Shown here one piece after another: positions 1 to 8,900 of a stretch of DNA of 52,358 bases (its first letter is position 1; each line of letters begins with the position of its first letter). Origin of the DNA: Candidatus Woesearchaeota archaeon UBA489 (GTDB taxonomy: Archaea > Nanobdellota > Nanobdellia > SCGC-AAA011-G17 > UBA489); the NCBI GenBank assembly GCA_002505585.1, contig DAVM01000016.1:1-52358 (forward strand), read 5' to 3'. The notes below the pieces were generated by a model that had not been told where the DNA came from, did no database searches, and saw only the letters and a program-made list of their open reading frames with translations. The position numbers were made by a program, and so were the translations under genes.

Positions 1-1641
1 GTTTATACTCCTCAAGAAGAAATGAAGAGTATTTTATTAGGTAGTAAAGAGGATAGATTAAATACTTTACGTAGAGTTTTTGGTATTGATAAATATAAAA
101 TTATTAAAGAGAATGCTGATTTGTTTATTTCTAAAATAAAAACTAAAAATAGGGAGTTGGCTATTGCTTGTGCTGATGTTGAAAAACAAATGGATGAGGT
201 TAAAAGTTTTGATGAGAAAATTAAGGCTTTGGATGTTTCTTTGCAAGAACTTTCTCCTAAAATAGTTTCTTTAAAAACTGAAGTAGTAAAAAACAGAGAA
301 AATTTGGAAGTGTTTGAAAAAAAGATTAAGGAAGTTCAAGAATCTAAAAAGAGTGTGGAGGTTTGTGAAGCACAAATTGTTCATAAGTTAGAAGAGAGTA
401 CTAGATGTAAAGAAAGGTGTACTCTTTTGGAAGAAGCTATACAACGTGTTGGTGAAGAATTAGAAAAGGAGGAAGTAAAAAGCATTGATCCTGTTTTACT
501 CCAACAAAAAGAAGTGGTTAGTAATGAGTATGAACTACAAAGAAGGAATTTGGCTAATAAGGTTCAAGAGCTTAAAACTAGCTTAAAACACTCTGAGAAG
601 ATTATTGAGGACATTGCTGCTTTAGATGTTTGTCCTGTTTGTAAGCAACAAGTGCAGGAGTCTCATACTAATGCTATTAGGAATGAAGAAAATAAAAAGA
701 TTGCTTTGTATTCTGCTGAGATTGTTAAGAGTATGGAAGAGGAAAAAAAGAAAGAGGAGTTTTTGATTGGTGTAAGGAAGGAAATTGAAGAATTAAAAAG
801 TCAACAACAAAAAGCGTCATTATTACTAATAAAAAAAGAGGGTGTTGAAGAGAAGAAAAAAGAACTTTTAAATCTTCAAGAACAATTAACTACAATTAAA
901 AAAGAGATTGGTTCTTTAAACACTAAAAAAGTTGAGTTAGTTGCTTCTGTTATTGATGATGTATCTTTAGACCAACAATATGCTGAATTAAAAAAGAAAG
1001 TTGAATTATTGTTGCATGAAGAAAAAGAGTTAGAAATTAAAAAAGCTACTACTGAAAAAGAAAAAGAACATATTTCTAGTAATAAGAATAGGGTTCAAAA
1101 TGAAATTGAACATAAATTAAAGATTAAGGATAAAATTAATTATTTTAAAAGTTTACAACATTGGTTAGAAAAACAATTTATTAATATTACTTTGACTATG
1201 GAAAAAAAGATTATGTTAAAGGTGCATAATGATTTTAATGCTTTGTTCCAAAAGTGGTTTGAGATGTTGGTTGATGCTGAATTAATTAAAGTAAAGATTG
1301 ATGAAGAATTTTCTCCTGTTATTGAGCAAAATGGTCATACTATTGAGTTTAGTTTTTTGAGTGGTGGTGAAAAGACTGCTGCTGCTTTAGCTTACAGACT
1401 AGCCTTAAATCAAGTGATTAACACTATTGTTAGTACTATTCGAACTAAGGATGTTTTAATTCTTGATGAACCTACTGATGGATTTTCTGCTGAGCAATTG
1501 GATCGTTTGCGTGGTGTTTTGGAAGAGCTTGATGCTAAACAAGTTATTATTGTCTCTCATGAAAACAAGATTGAGAGTTTTGTTGATAATGTTATTAAAT
1601 TAGAAAAAAGTGAGCATACTAGTTCCGTCGTTTATAATTAA
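1..1641 (+). CDS. rad50: SMC/Rad50-family ATPase, 5'-truncated by the window edge
   Basis: Long coiled coil, zinc hook CPVC, signature LSGGE, Walker B ILDEPT, H-loop IVSH. Walker A is absent, so the gene starts upstream of the window. Confidence 0.85.
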   Translation, partial: VYTPQEEMKSILLGSKEDRLNTLRRVFGIDKYKIIKENADLFISKIKTKNRELAIACADVEKQMDEVKSFDEKIKALDVSLQELSPKIVSLKTEVVKNRENLEVFEKKIKEVQESKKSVEVCEAQIVHKLEESTRCKERCTLLEEAIQRVGEELEKEEVKSIDPVLLQQKEVVSNEYELQRRNLANKVQELKTSLKHSEKIIEDIAALDVCPVCKQQVQESHTNAIRNEENKKIALYSAEIVKSMEEEKKKEEFLIGVRKEIEELKSQQQKASLLLIKKEGVEEKKKELLNLQEQLTTIKKEIGSLNTKKVELVASVIDDVSLDQQYAELKKKVELLLHEEKELEIKKATTEKEKEHISSNKNRVQNEIEHKLKIKDKINYFKSLQHWLEKQFINITLTMEKKIMLKVHNDFNALFQKWFEMLVDAELIKVKIDEEFSPVIEQNGHTIEFSFLSGGEKTAAALAYRLALNQVINTIVSTIRTKDVLILDEPTDGFSAEQLDRLRGVLEELDAKQVIIVSHENKIESFVDNVIKLEKSEHTSSVVYN

Positions 1642-2260
1642 CTAACCCTACTCCTACTGCTAATATTGCTCCTATTGAATTATAAACTAAGTCCCACATT
1701 ACATTTAGCCAATCACTACTTGCCCAATCATTTAGAGTGTAGTCTCCTGCTCCTCCTTTGCCTAGTCCTCCTTCTCCTTCTCCTACTGTTAGTGATCCTA
1801 AGAATTCGTAGTGTTCTATTACTACTCCTACTCCCATCCCTGCTAAGACTATTAACACACTCAAAGTCAACACATTCTTTCCCTTAAAGTATTGGCTTAA
1901 ATATTGGAATAAAATGTATGTTATGGTGAAGATTCCTACTAAGTGTGTTATGTGATCCCATTGAAAGATGTGTGCACTTATGTGTTGTTGCCAGAATGGG
2001 TCTATGTAGGGGAGTGGTGATTTATAGTACCAGCCAAAGACTCCTGCGTTGTGGAGTGCACAAGCTATGATTAACATGCTATAACTAAAAGGAGTCATTC
2101 TTAAGTGTTCATAGAGATAATAAAAGACTATTAAGATTCCTATAAAAACAAAGCTATCTGCTATATAGAGTTGTACTCCTCTTGTAGCTGCATAATAGGC
2201 AAACCACAAAAAGAGGAGTATTCCTAAGAATAAAAGGTGTTTTTTTGTTATTTTTCCCAT
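1619..2260 (-). CDS. Multi-pass membrane protein, DUF2238/YjdF-like
   Basis: Several hydrophobic helices; WDHITH, E..EF and N/D..WDL..N..GA motifs typical of this family. Confidence 0.6.
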   Translation of the reverse strand: MGKITKKHLLFLGILLFLWFAYYAATRGVQLYIADSFVFIGILIVFYYLYEHLRMTPFSYSMLIIACALHNAGVFGWYYKSPLPYIDPFWQQHISAHIFQWDHITHLVGIFTITYILFQYLSQYFKGKNVLTLSVLIVLAGMGVGVVIEHYEFLGSLTVGEGEGGLGKGGAGDYTLNDWASSDWLNVMWDLVYNSIGAILAVGVGLVNYKRRN

Positions 2261-2386
2261 GGTAATAAAAGAAGAACAGTTGTTTATAAATATTTATCTT
2301 GCAAAAGAGAGCTTTTAGTGACTATTTTAAGCTGTTTACCGCAATATTTATAAATTGTATTCTACTATAAGGTGTACTGATGCTCA

Positions 2387-3805
2387 ATGAGAACAAAAAT
2401 ATTTTTAGTTGTACTTTTAGTATTTTTTTCAAGTAGTTTTGTATTTGCTAATCCTGTTTCTGTCGAGATTATTGAGTCTACTGAGGATGTTGAAGCTGGT
2501 AGTGATGCTAAATTTAAGGTTCTTATTACTAATAATAGAGATGAACGTGATGTGTTTAGAATTTTTGGTGATGATTTTGCTATTTATCCTTTTTCTGATT
2601 TTGCTGCTTTAATTAAGGCTGAACCTTCTCAAGTAAAGTTAAGTCCTGAAGAGAGTGCTGAAGTTTTAATTTCTATTCAGACTTTGGATACTGCTAGAGT
2701 AAATCAATATTATACTACTAAGATGAAGGTTAGTTCTTTGATTAATCCTGAAGAAAAAACTATTTTTGAGGTTGTTACTTTTGTTGTTTCTGCTAAGGAT
2801 GTTATTGAACTTATTCCTAATTTTCCTGAACGAACAAAACCTGGTGTTCCTATTACCGTCCCTCTCAAATTAAAAAATCGTGCTTATATTCCTATGGAAA
2901 ATATTGAGGTTTATTTATCTAGTGATGTTCCTAATACTGCTGAAAATAAGATCTTAAATTTTAAGGAACGTGAAGAGTTTAATGAAGATATGGTTTTAAC
3001 TTTTAATAAAGACGTTTCTCCTGGTATTCATACTATTAGTGTAAGAGCTTATCAAGGTGAAGAATTGCGTGGTTCTTTTGCTCAGGACATTATTGTTGTT
3101 CCTGATGAGGATGTTGCTGAAGATCTTGATGTTTCCAGAGGATTCTTATCTTCTTTGACTATTATTAAGAAGAAGAATGATGGAAATATTGTGAGTACTC
3201 AACGTATGGAAACAAAGTATTCTTTGTTTAAGAGAGTGTTTACTTCTACTACTCCTAAGGCTGAGAAAGAATCTGGTAAGTATGTTTGGGAGTTAACTTT
3301 GGAGCCTGGTGAAGAGGCTGAGATTCAAATCAAAACTAATTATCGTCCTTTATTTTATGGTTTGATTATTATTGTTTTGTTTGTTATTGGTATGTTGTTT
3401 TATATTGAAAGAAGTGTTGTTTTAAAGAAACGTATTTTCCGTATTAAGGAGGATTCTCATGGTATTTCTGAGTTCAAAATTTTATTACATCTTCGTAATG
3501 GGAAACGTTTTGGTTTGCGTGATGTTAAGGTTCTTGATGTTCTTCCTCATGTTATTTCTGCTACTCAAGATTTTGGTACTTTGAAACCTACTACTGTTCA
3601 AAAAGGTAAAATGAGTGTTCGTATGGTTTGGGAAATTGGTGATCTTGATCCTAAAGAAGAACGTGTTATTTCTTATAAGGTTAAGTCTAAAATTAATTTG
3701 CTTGGTGAAGTTCGTTTACCTGCTGCTACTGTGCAATTTATTAATCAGAAAGGTAGTGTTGTTGAATTAAAGTCTTTAAAGTTGAGAGTTATCAAAAAAG
3801 AGTAG
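2387..3805 (+). CDS. Secreted/membrane-anchored protein with Ig-like (CARDB-like) domains
   Basis: N-terminal signal peptide, beta-rich repeats (V.L.N, W.L..L.PGEE), internal TM helix followed by another Ig-like domain. Confidence 0.6.
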   Translation: MRTKIFLVVLLVFFSSSFVFANPVSVEIIESTEDVEAGSDAKFKVLITNNRDERDVFRIFGDDFAIYPFSDFAALIKAEPSQVKLSPEESAEVLISIQTLDTARVNQYYTTKMKVSSLINPEEKTIFEVVTFVVSAKDVIELIPNFPERTKPGVPITVPLKLKNRAYIPMENIEVYLSSDVPNTAENKILNFKEREEFNEDMVLTFNKDVSPGIHTISVRAYQGEELRGSFAQDIIVVPDEDVAEDLDVSRGFLSSLTIIKKKNDGNIVSTQRMETKYSLFKRVFTSTTPKAEKESGKYVWELTLEPGEEAEIQIKTNYRPLFYGLIIIVLFVIGMLFYIERSVVLKKRIFRIKEDSHGISEFKILLHLRNGKRFGLRDVKVLDVLPHVISATQDFGTLKPTTVQKGKMSVRMVWEIGDLDPKEERVISYKVKSKINLLGEVRLPAATVQFINQKGSVVELKSLKLRVIKKE

Positions 3806-3911
3806 GAAAGCTTCCGAGTTTTCCGGAAAACTTCTAAATATATAATAAAAACAATTCTTATTTCTCAAGGACCCTCTAAATGATTATAAAGAGTCATAGC
3901 TTTTTTATCTT

Positions 3912-4721
3912 ATGAAAGAAGAGTTGATTAGGCAAGTAAAAGAATTGCATCAAAAATTAAGAAGAAGACCTACAAAAAGAGATAATAACTCGCTTTATGA
4001 AAAAAGTAGAGTGTATTTTGGTTATTGGAATAAATTAATGGAAGCGGCAGGATATAAAGTAAAGTATAATCAATATCCAGAAATTCCTAATGAACTAACT
4101 GAAGATTTAGCTTATTTTGTGGGTATCTTAATTACGGATGGACACTTGCAATGGCAAAGAAAGACTGAAAAAAGTTCAGCTAGATATTGTATGCAATTAT
4201 ATAATAGTTATGAAGAAGAAAAAGTTATGCTGATAAGATTAATTAAGGGTTTATTTAAATATAATGCATTTATAAGGTCAAAGAAATATGGATGGAACAA
4301 GAGGGTAAATCATGAGTTCCACATAAATTCTAAGGAATTAGTGGAGTATTTTAATAGGAAATTTAATATTCCAACAGATAAAAAATCAGCAAAAGTAAGG
4401 ATTCCTGATATAATCCTCAATAGCACAGAAGAGATAAAAGCAAATTTCATAAGAGGTATAATAGATGGAGACGGACATATTAATAAGAGTGTTGGGATAG
4501 GCATAAGTTCTGGCTCAAAATTATTCCTAGAAGATGTTAAGATACTATTAAATTCATTAGGTATTGATTCTAGGAATATAAGAAAAGAGAGAACTTGTTA
4601 TGTTTTGAGCTTAGGAAGGATAGAAAATTTAAAAAGGTTATATGCATATTGTTACAAAGATCAGAAATATGTTTACCCTAGAAAATTAGAAAGATTAGAA
4701 ACAACAATCTTTAAAAACTAG
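3912..4721 (+). CDS. Free-standing double-motif LAGLIDADG homing endonuclease
   Basis: Motifs LAYFVGILITDGHL and NFIRGIIDGDGHI; N-terminal homing-endonuclease-associated repeat-like segment (LRRRPT...YFGYWNKLMEAAG); no intein termini; A-rich codon usage unlike neighbours. Confidence 0.9.
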   Translation: MKEELIRQVKELHQKLRRRPTKRDNNSLYEKSRVYFGYWNKLMEAAGYKVKYNQYPEIPNELTEDLAYFVGILITDGHLQWQRKTEKSSARYCMQLYNSYEEEKVMLIRLIKGLFKYNAFIRSKKYGWNKRVNHEFHINSKELVEYFNRKFNIPTDKKSAKVRIPDIILNSTEEIKANFIRGIIDGDGHINKSVGIGISSGSKLFLEDVKILLNSLGIDSRNIRKERTCYVLSLGRIENLKRLYAYCYKDQKYVYPRKLERLETTIFKN

Positions 4722-4741
4722 GCTTTCTCTTGTTCTGCTAT

Positions 4742-4893
4742 CCCTGCGTGGCTTAAAGATTTAGTATGAATAAGACTAAGTTGAGCAGCGGTAGAGCGGT
4801 CGGCTGTAGTTACGGATTGAGGTTCTACTCAGAAACGATGAAAATTCGTTAGCCGAACCCGACAGGTTCCTGGTTCGAATCCGGGCGCAGGGA
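4742..4893 (+). tRNA. tRNA-Tyr(GTA) with two introns (D-loop ~4757-4788; anticodon loop ~4810-4857)
   Basis: Acceptor CCCTGCG/CGCAGGG with C1-G72 and A73 (archaeal Tyr identity), anticodon stem GTCGG/CCGAC, T-loop TTCGAAT. Intron 1 BHB-like: GCTT/GAGC helix, AA|A and AG|C bulges. Boundary of intron 2 is uncertain by 1 nt. Confidence 0.88.
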
Positions 4894-5136
4894 TTTTCTT
4901 TATTTTTCTAATACCTTTTTTTCACTACCATAATCTTTAAAAATAATGAAAACTCTATAGATTTGTGTAAAGAAAGAGGTTTGAAGATACTTAGGAGTAG
5001 CTCTCTTTTTAGAAAGTTTTATATAGGAGTTCTTAATCAAAATTGATAGATGGAACAATATTTTCTCAAAAAACCTTCAAAATTAATAGGCAGAGGTAGC
5101 AATATCTCTTTGAGAAAACTGTTCTAAGAGCATAAT

Positions 5137-5246
5137 GCCCTAGTAGTGTAATGGTTATCATACGGCCCTGTCGAATGGGCTTATAACAAGAGGCTGGTGG
5201 TTCATACAGTCAGGCCGTGACGCGAGTTCGATTCTCGCCTAGGGCG
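5137..5246 (+). tRNA. tRNA-Asp(GTC) with canonical 37/38 intron (5174-5211, 38 nt)
   Basis: GCCCTAG/CTAGGGC acceptor, CGGCC/GGCCG anticodon stem; textbook BHB: CTGT/ACAG helix, CG|A and TC|A bulges, ATGGGC/GTTCAT intron stem. Confidence 0.95.
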
Positions 5247-5249
5247 TAT

Positions 5250-5324
5250 GGACCGGTAGCTCAGCCTGGCTAGAGCACTTGGCTTTTAACCAAGGGGTCG
5301 AGGGTTCAAATCCCTTCCGGTCCG
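5250..5324 (+). tRNA. tRNA-Lys(TTT), intronless
   Basis: Complete cloverleaf: GGACCGG/CCGGTCC, anticodon arm CTTGG-CTTTTAA-CCAAG, TTCAAAT T-loop. Confidence 0.96.
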
Positions 5325-5349
5325 CTTTTTTACAAAGGAACAAAACAAG

Positions 5350-5592
5350 ATGACAAAAGAAGTAAAAGTCGTTGATCACGTGTTGGTACCTCAACATATT
5401 TTGTTATCTAAAGAAGATGGCGATGCTTTGTGTTCTCGTTACAATATTTCTCATAAACAAATTCCTCATATTTCTATTAAGGATCCTGCTATTGAAGGAT
5501 TAAATGTTGAGGTGGGCGATGTCATTAAGATTATTCGTGATAGCGAAACTGAAGTTAAAGCAATTTTTTATAGGGTTGTAAAGAAAGAATAA
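5350..5592 (+). CDS. rpoH: RNA polymerase subunit H (Rpo5)
   Basis: HVLVPQH...IP.I...DP...GDVIKI.R.S...YR.V pattern; first gene of the RNAP operon. Confidence 0.95.
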   Translation: MTKEVKVVDHVLVPQHILLSKEDGDALCSRYNISHKQIPHISIKDPAIEGLNVEVGDVIKIIRDSETEVKAIFYRVVKKE

Positions 5593-5593
5593 A

Positions 5594-7075
5594 ATGGATA
5601 AAAATATTATTATTAAAAAGTATTTTCAGGAGAACTCTTTTGTAGAGTCTGATATCCGTTCTTATAATAATTTTGTTGAAAAGATTATGCAAAAAATCAT
5701 TAAAGAGATTGGTGATGTTATTCCGACTATTATTCCTCCTGATATGGATGATTTTCGTATTAAGTTGGATAAGATTTGGATTACTAAGCCTCAAATTATT
5801 GAGGCTGATGGTAGTAAGCGTGATATTTATCCTCTTGAAGCTAGGTTAAGAAGTATTACTTATGCTGCTCCTATTCATTTAGAGGTTTCTGCTCATATTG
5901 ATGGTGTGCAGCGTGAATCTTTTACTACACAAGTTGGGCGTTTGCCTGTTATGTTAAAGAGTAAGTTTTGTCATTTAAACGGTTTAAACGAAAAAGAGTT
6001 AGTTGAGAAGGGTGAAGATCCTCATGATACTGGTGGATACTTTATTTTGAATGGTAATGAACGTGTTTTAATTAATGTTGAGGATTTGGCTTCTAATCGT
6101 ATGTTTGTTGAGGCTAATAAGATTGGTACTAGTGTTTTTACTGCTAAGGTTTTTTCTGAGAAAGGTTCTTATCGTGTTCCTCATGCTATTGAACAAACTA
6201 AGGATGGCTTAATGCATTTGTCTTTTACTCGTTTCAAAAAGATTCCTATTATGATTATGATTCATGCTTTAGGGTTGCTTAAAGATAATGAGATTGTTGA
6301 ACATATTTCTAAGGATAAAGAGTTTGATGATGTTTTTATTAATTTAGTTGAGGCTGCTGAATTCAAATCTCAAGATGATGCTCTTGAAGAAGTTGGTCGT
6401 CGTATGGGTATTAATCAGCTTAAGGAAATTAAGATTGAAAAAGTGAATGATAATTTTGATAGATATTTATTGCCTCATTTAGGTACTGATCCTAAAGATA
6501 GAGTTTACAAAGCTATTAATTTGTGTAAATTAATTAAAAGGTTTTTATTAACTTCTAAGGAATTTATGAATACTCAGGATAAGGATCATTACAAAAATAA
6601 GCGTTTAAAGCTTAGTGGTGATTTACTTGCTGATCTTTTTAGGACTAATTTGCGTGCTTTAGTTAATGATATTCTTTACAATTTCCAGCGTTTAGTTAAG
6701 CGTGGTAAATTTCATTCTGTTAAGATTATTATTCGTGATAAGTTGTTGACTTCTCGTATTAATAGTGCTATGGCTACTGGTGTTTGGGTTGGTGGTCGTA
6801 AGGGTTTAAGCCAGAATATTCAACGTACTAATTTTTTAGATACTACTTCGCATTTGCAACGTGTTGTTAGTTTGTTGTCTGCTACTCAAGAAAATTTTGC
6901 TGCTCGTGCTCTCCACCCTACGCATTGGGGTAGGTTATGTTGTATTGAAACTCCTGAGGGTACTCCTATTGGTTTAAGGAAAAATTTGTCTATTCTTGCT
7001 GAGGTTGCTCAGGATGATGTTCAAGAAGTTAAAGTTACTAAGGCTTTGGAAGGATTAGGTGTTAAAAATGATTGA
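5594..7075 (+). CDS. rpoB2: RNA polymerase subunit B'' (Rpo2N)
   Basis: GGYFILNGNERV, DKDHYKNKRL, CCIETPEG motifs. Confidence 0.95.
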   Translation: MDKNIIIKKYFQENSFVESDIRSYNNFVEKIMQKIIKEIGDVIPTIIPPDMDDFRIKLDKIWITKPQIIEADGSKRDIYPLEARLRSITYAAPIHLEVSAHIDGVQRESFTTQVGRLPVMLKSKFCHLNGLNEKELVEKGEDPHDTGGYFILNGNERVLINVEDLASNRMFVEANKIGTSVFTAKVFSEKGSYRVPHAIEQTKDGLMHLSFTRFKKIPIMIMIHALGLLKDNEIVEHISKDKEFDDVFINLVEAAEFKSQDDALEEVGRRMGINQLKEIKIEKVNDNFDRYLLPHLGTDPKDRVYKAINLCKLIKRFLLTSKEFMNTQDKDHYKNKRLKLSGDLLADLFRTNLRALVNDILYNFQRLVKRGKFHSVKIIIRDKLLTSRINSAMATGVWVGGRKGLSQNIQRTNFLDTTSHLQRVVSLLSATQENFAARALHPTHWGRLCCIETPEGTPIGLRKNLSILAEVAQDDVQEVKVTKALEGLGVKND

Positions 7076-8900
7076 TGTATTTATGGATGAGAAATTCATT
7101 GGAGAAGTAGAGAACCAAGAGGATTTTCTTAAGAAAGTTAAGGATGAGCGTCAAAAAGGTAAGTTGCCTAATACCTTAAATATTTGGTATAATGATGAAT
7201 TGAAAGAGGTGCATATCGAGATTGCTAATGGTCGTGTTCGTAGACCTCTTATTGTTGTTGAAAAGGGTAAGAGTAAATTAACTGCGGAGCATCTTAAGAA
7301 GTTAGAAGCTAATGAGTTAACTTGGAAAGAATTATTTAGTCAGGGTGTTATGGAGTATCTTGATGCTGCTGAGGAAGAGAATGCTTATGTTGCTTTAAAT
7401 GAAGAAGATGTTACTGCTGAGCATACGCATATGGAGATTAGTCCTTCTATTATTTTGGGTTTAACTACTTCTTTAGTTCCTTTTGCTAATTTTGGTCAGA
7501 GTTCTCGTTTGAATAGGGGTAGTAAAGCGCAAAAGCAGGCTTTAGGTTTTTATAGTGCTAATTATTTGGTTCGTATGGATACTGATGTTAATATTTTGCA
7601 TTACCCTCAAAATCCTTTAGTAAAGTCTTTTATGTATGATGTTTCTAAACAAAATTTGCATCCTGCTGGTCAAAATATTATTATTGCTTTGATGAGTTAT
7701 GAAGGGTATAACATGCAGGACGCTTTAGTTTTTAATAAGGGTTCTATTGATCTTGGTTTGGCTCGTTCTACTTATTATCGTCCTTACAAAGCTGAAGAGT
7801 TAAGGTATGCTGGTGGTTTAATTGATGAAATTTGTGTTCCTGATAAGGAAGTTAAAGGGTATCGTAGTGAAGAAGATTATAAATTATTAGAGGATGATGG
7901 TATTATTTTCCCTGAGTCTATTGTTAAAGAAGATGATGTTATTATTGGTAAGACTTCTCCTCCTCGTTTTTTGGGTGAGATTGATGAGTTTAGTATTGCT
8001 GCTAATAAACGTCGTGAGTCTTCTATTACTATGCGTCATGGTGAACCTGGTAAGGTTGATTTTGTTATGGTTACTGAAAATGAGGAGGGTATGCGTTTAG
8101 TTAAAACTCGTCTTCGCCATCAACGTATTCCTGAGATTGGTGATAAGTTTGCTAGTCGTCATGGTCAGAAGGGTGTTGTTGGTTTGATTGTTCCTGAGGC
8201 TGATATGCCTTTTACTGTTACTGGTGTGAAGCCTGATTTAATTTTCTCTCCTCACTCTATTCCTTCTAGAATGACTGTTTCTCATTTGCTTGAGGTTCTT
8301 GCTGGTAAAACTGGTGCTTTAGATGGGAGAACTATTGATGCTACTACTTTCTCTTCTGAACCTGAGCATGATTTAAGAAAGACTTTGTTAGAACTTGGTT
8401 TTAGAGAGGATGGTACTGAAACTTTGTATAATGGGTTAACTGGTGAAAAACTTAAGGCTAAAATTTTCATTGGAAATATGTATTATTTGCGCTTAAAACA
8501 TATGGTTGCTAATAAATTACACGCTCGTGCTTCTGGTAGGATTCAATTACTTACTCGTCAGCCTATTGAGGGTCGTGCTAAGGGTGGTGGGCTACGTTTG
8601 GGAGAGATGGAGAAGGATTGTTTAGTTGGTCATGGTGCTTCTTTATTATTAAAGGAACGTTTTGATTCTGATATCACTCGTATTCAAGTTTGTGAGTCTT
8701 GTGGTATGTTAGCTGTTTACGATAATTTCAAGAATACACAGTTTTGTCATAGGTGTGGTGGTAATATTGTTATTAATACTATCCAAATATCTTATGCATT
8801 TAAGTTATTATTAGATGAATTAAGAGCTTTAGGCATTGGTCCTAAACTAAATTTGAAGAGTAAATATGATGATGGGTCACGTACACAAAGAAGTAAGTAA
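7068..8900 (+). CDS. rpoB1: RNA polymerase subunit B' (Rpo2C)
   Basis: GYNMQDA, GDKFASRHGQKG, GGLRLGEME, C-terminal zinc ribbon; ATG at 7068. Confidence 0.95.
   Translation: MIDVFMDEKFIGEVENQEDFLKKVKDERQKGKLPNTLNIWYNDELKEVHIEIANGRVRRPLIVVEKGKSKLTAEHLKKLEANELTWKELFSQGVMEYLDAAEEENAYVALNEEDVTAEHTHMEISPSIILGLTTSLVPFANFGQSSRLNRGSKAQKQALGFYSANYLVRMDTDVNILHYPQNPLVKSFMYDVSKQNLHPAGQNIIIALMSYEGYNMQDALVFNKGSIDLGLARSTYYRPYKAEELRYAGGLIDEICVPDKEVKGYRSEEDYKLLEDDGIIFPESIVKEDDVIIGKTSPPRFLGEIDEFSIAANKRRESSITMRHGEPGKVDFVMVTENEEGMRLVKTRLRHQRIPEIGDKFASRHGQKGVVGLIVPEADMPFTVTGVKPDLIFSPHSIPSRMTVSHLLEVLAGKTGALDGRTIDATTFSSEPEHDLRKTLLELGFREDGTETLYNGLTGEKLKAKIFIGNMYYLRLKHMVANKLHARASGRIQLLTRQPIEGRAKGGGLRLGEMEKDCLVGHGASLLLKERFDSDITRIQVCESCGMLAVYDNFKNTQFCHRCGGNIVINTIQISYAFKLLLDELRALGIGPKLNLKSKYDDGSRTQRSK

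Noticed and set aside
3869-3901. Possible decayed copy of the tRNA-Tyr 5' half upstream of the first LAGLIDADG
   Set aside because: Only scattered 3-4 nt matches (ccct, agag, gct); not distinguishable from chance, unlike the tRNA-Ser case.
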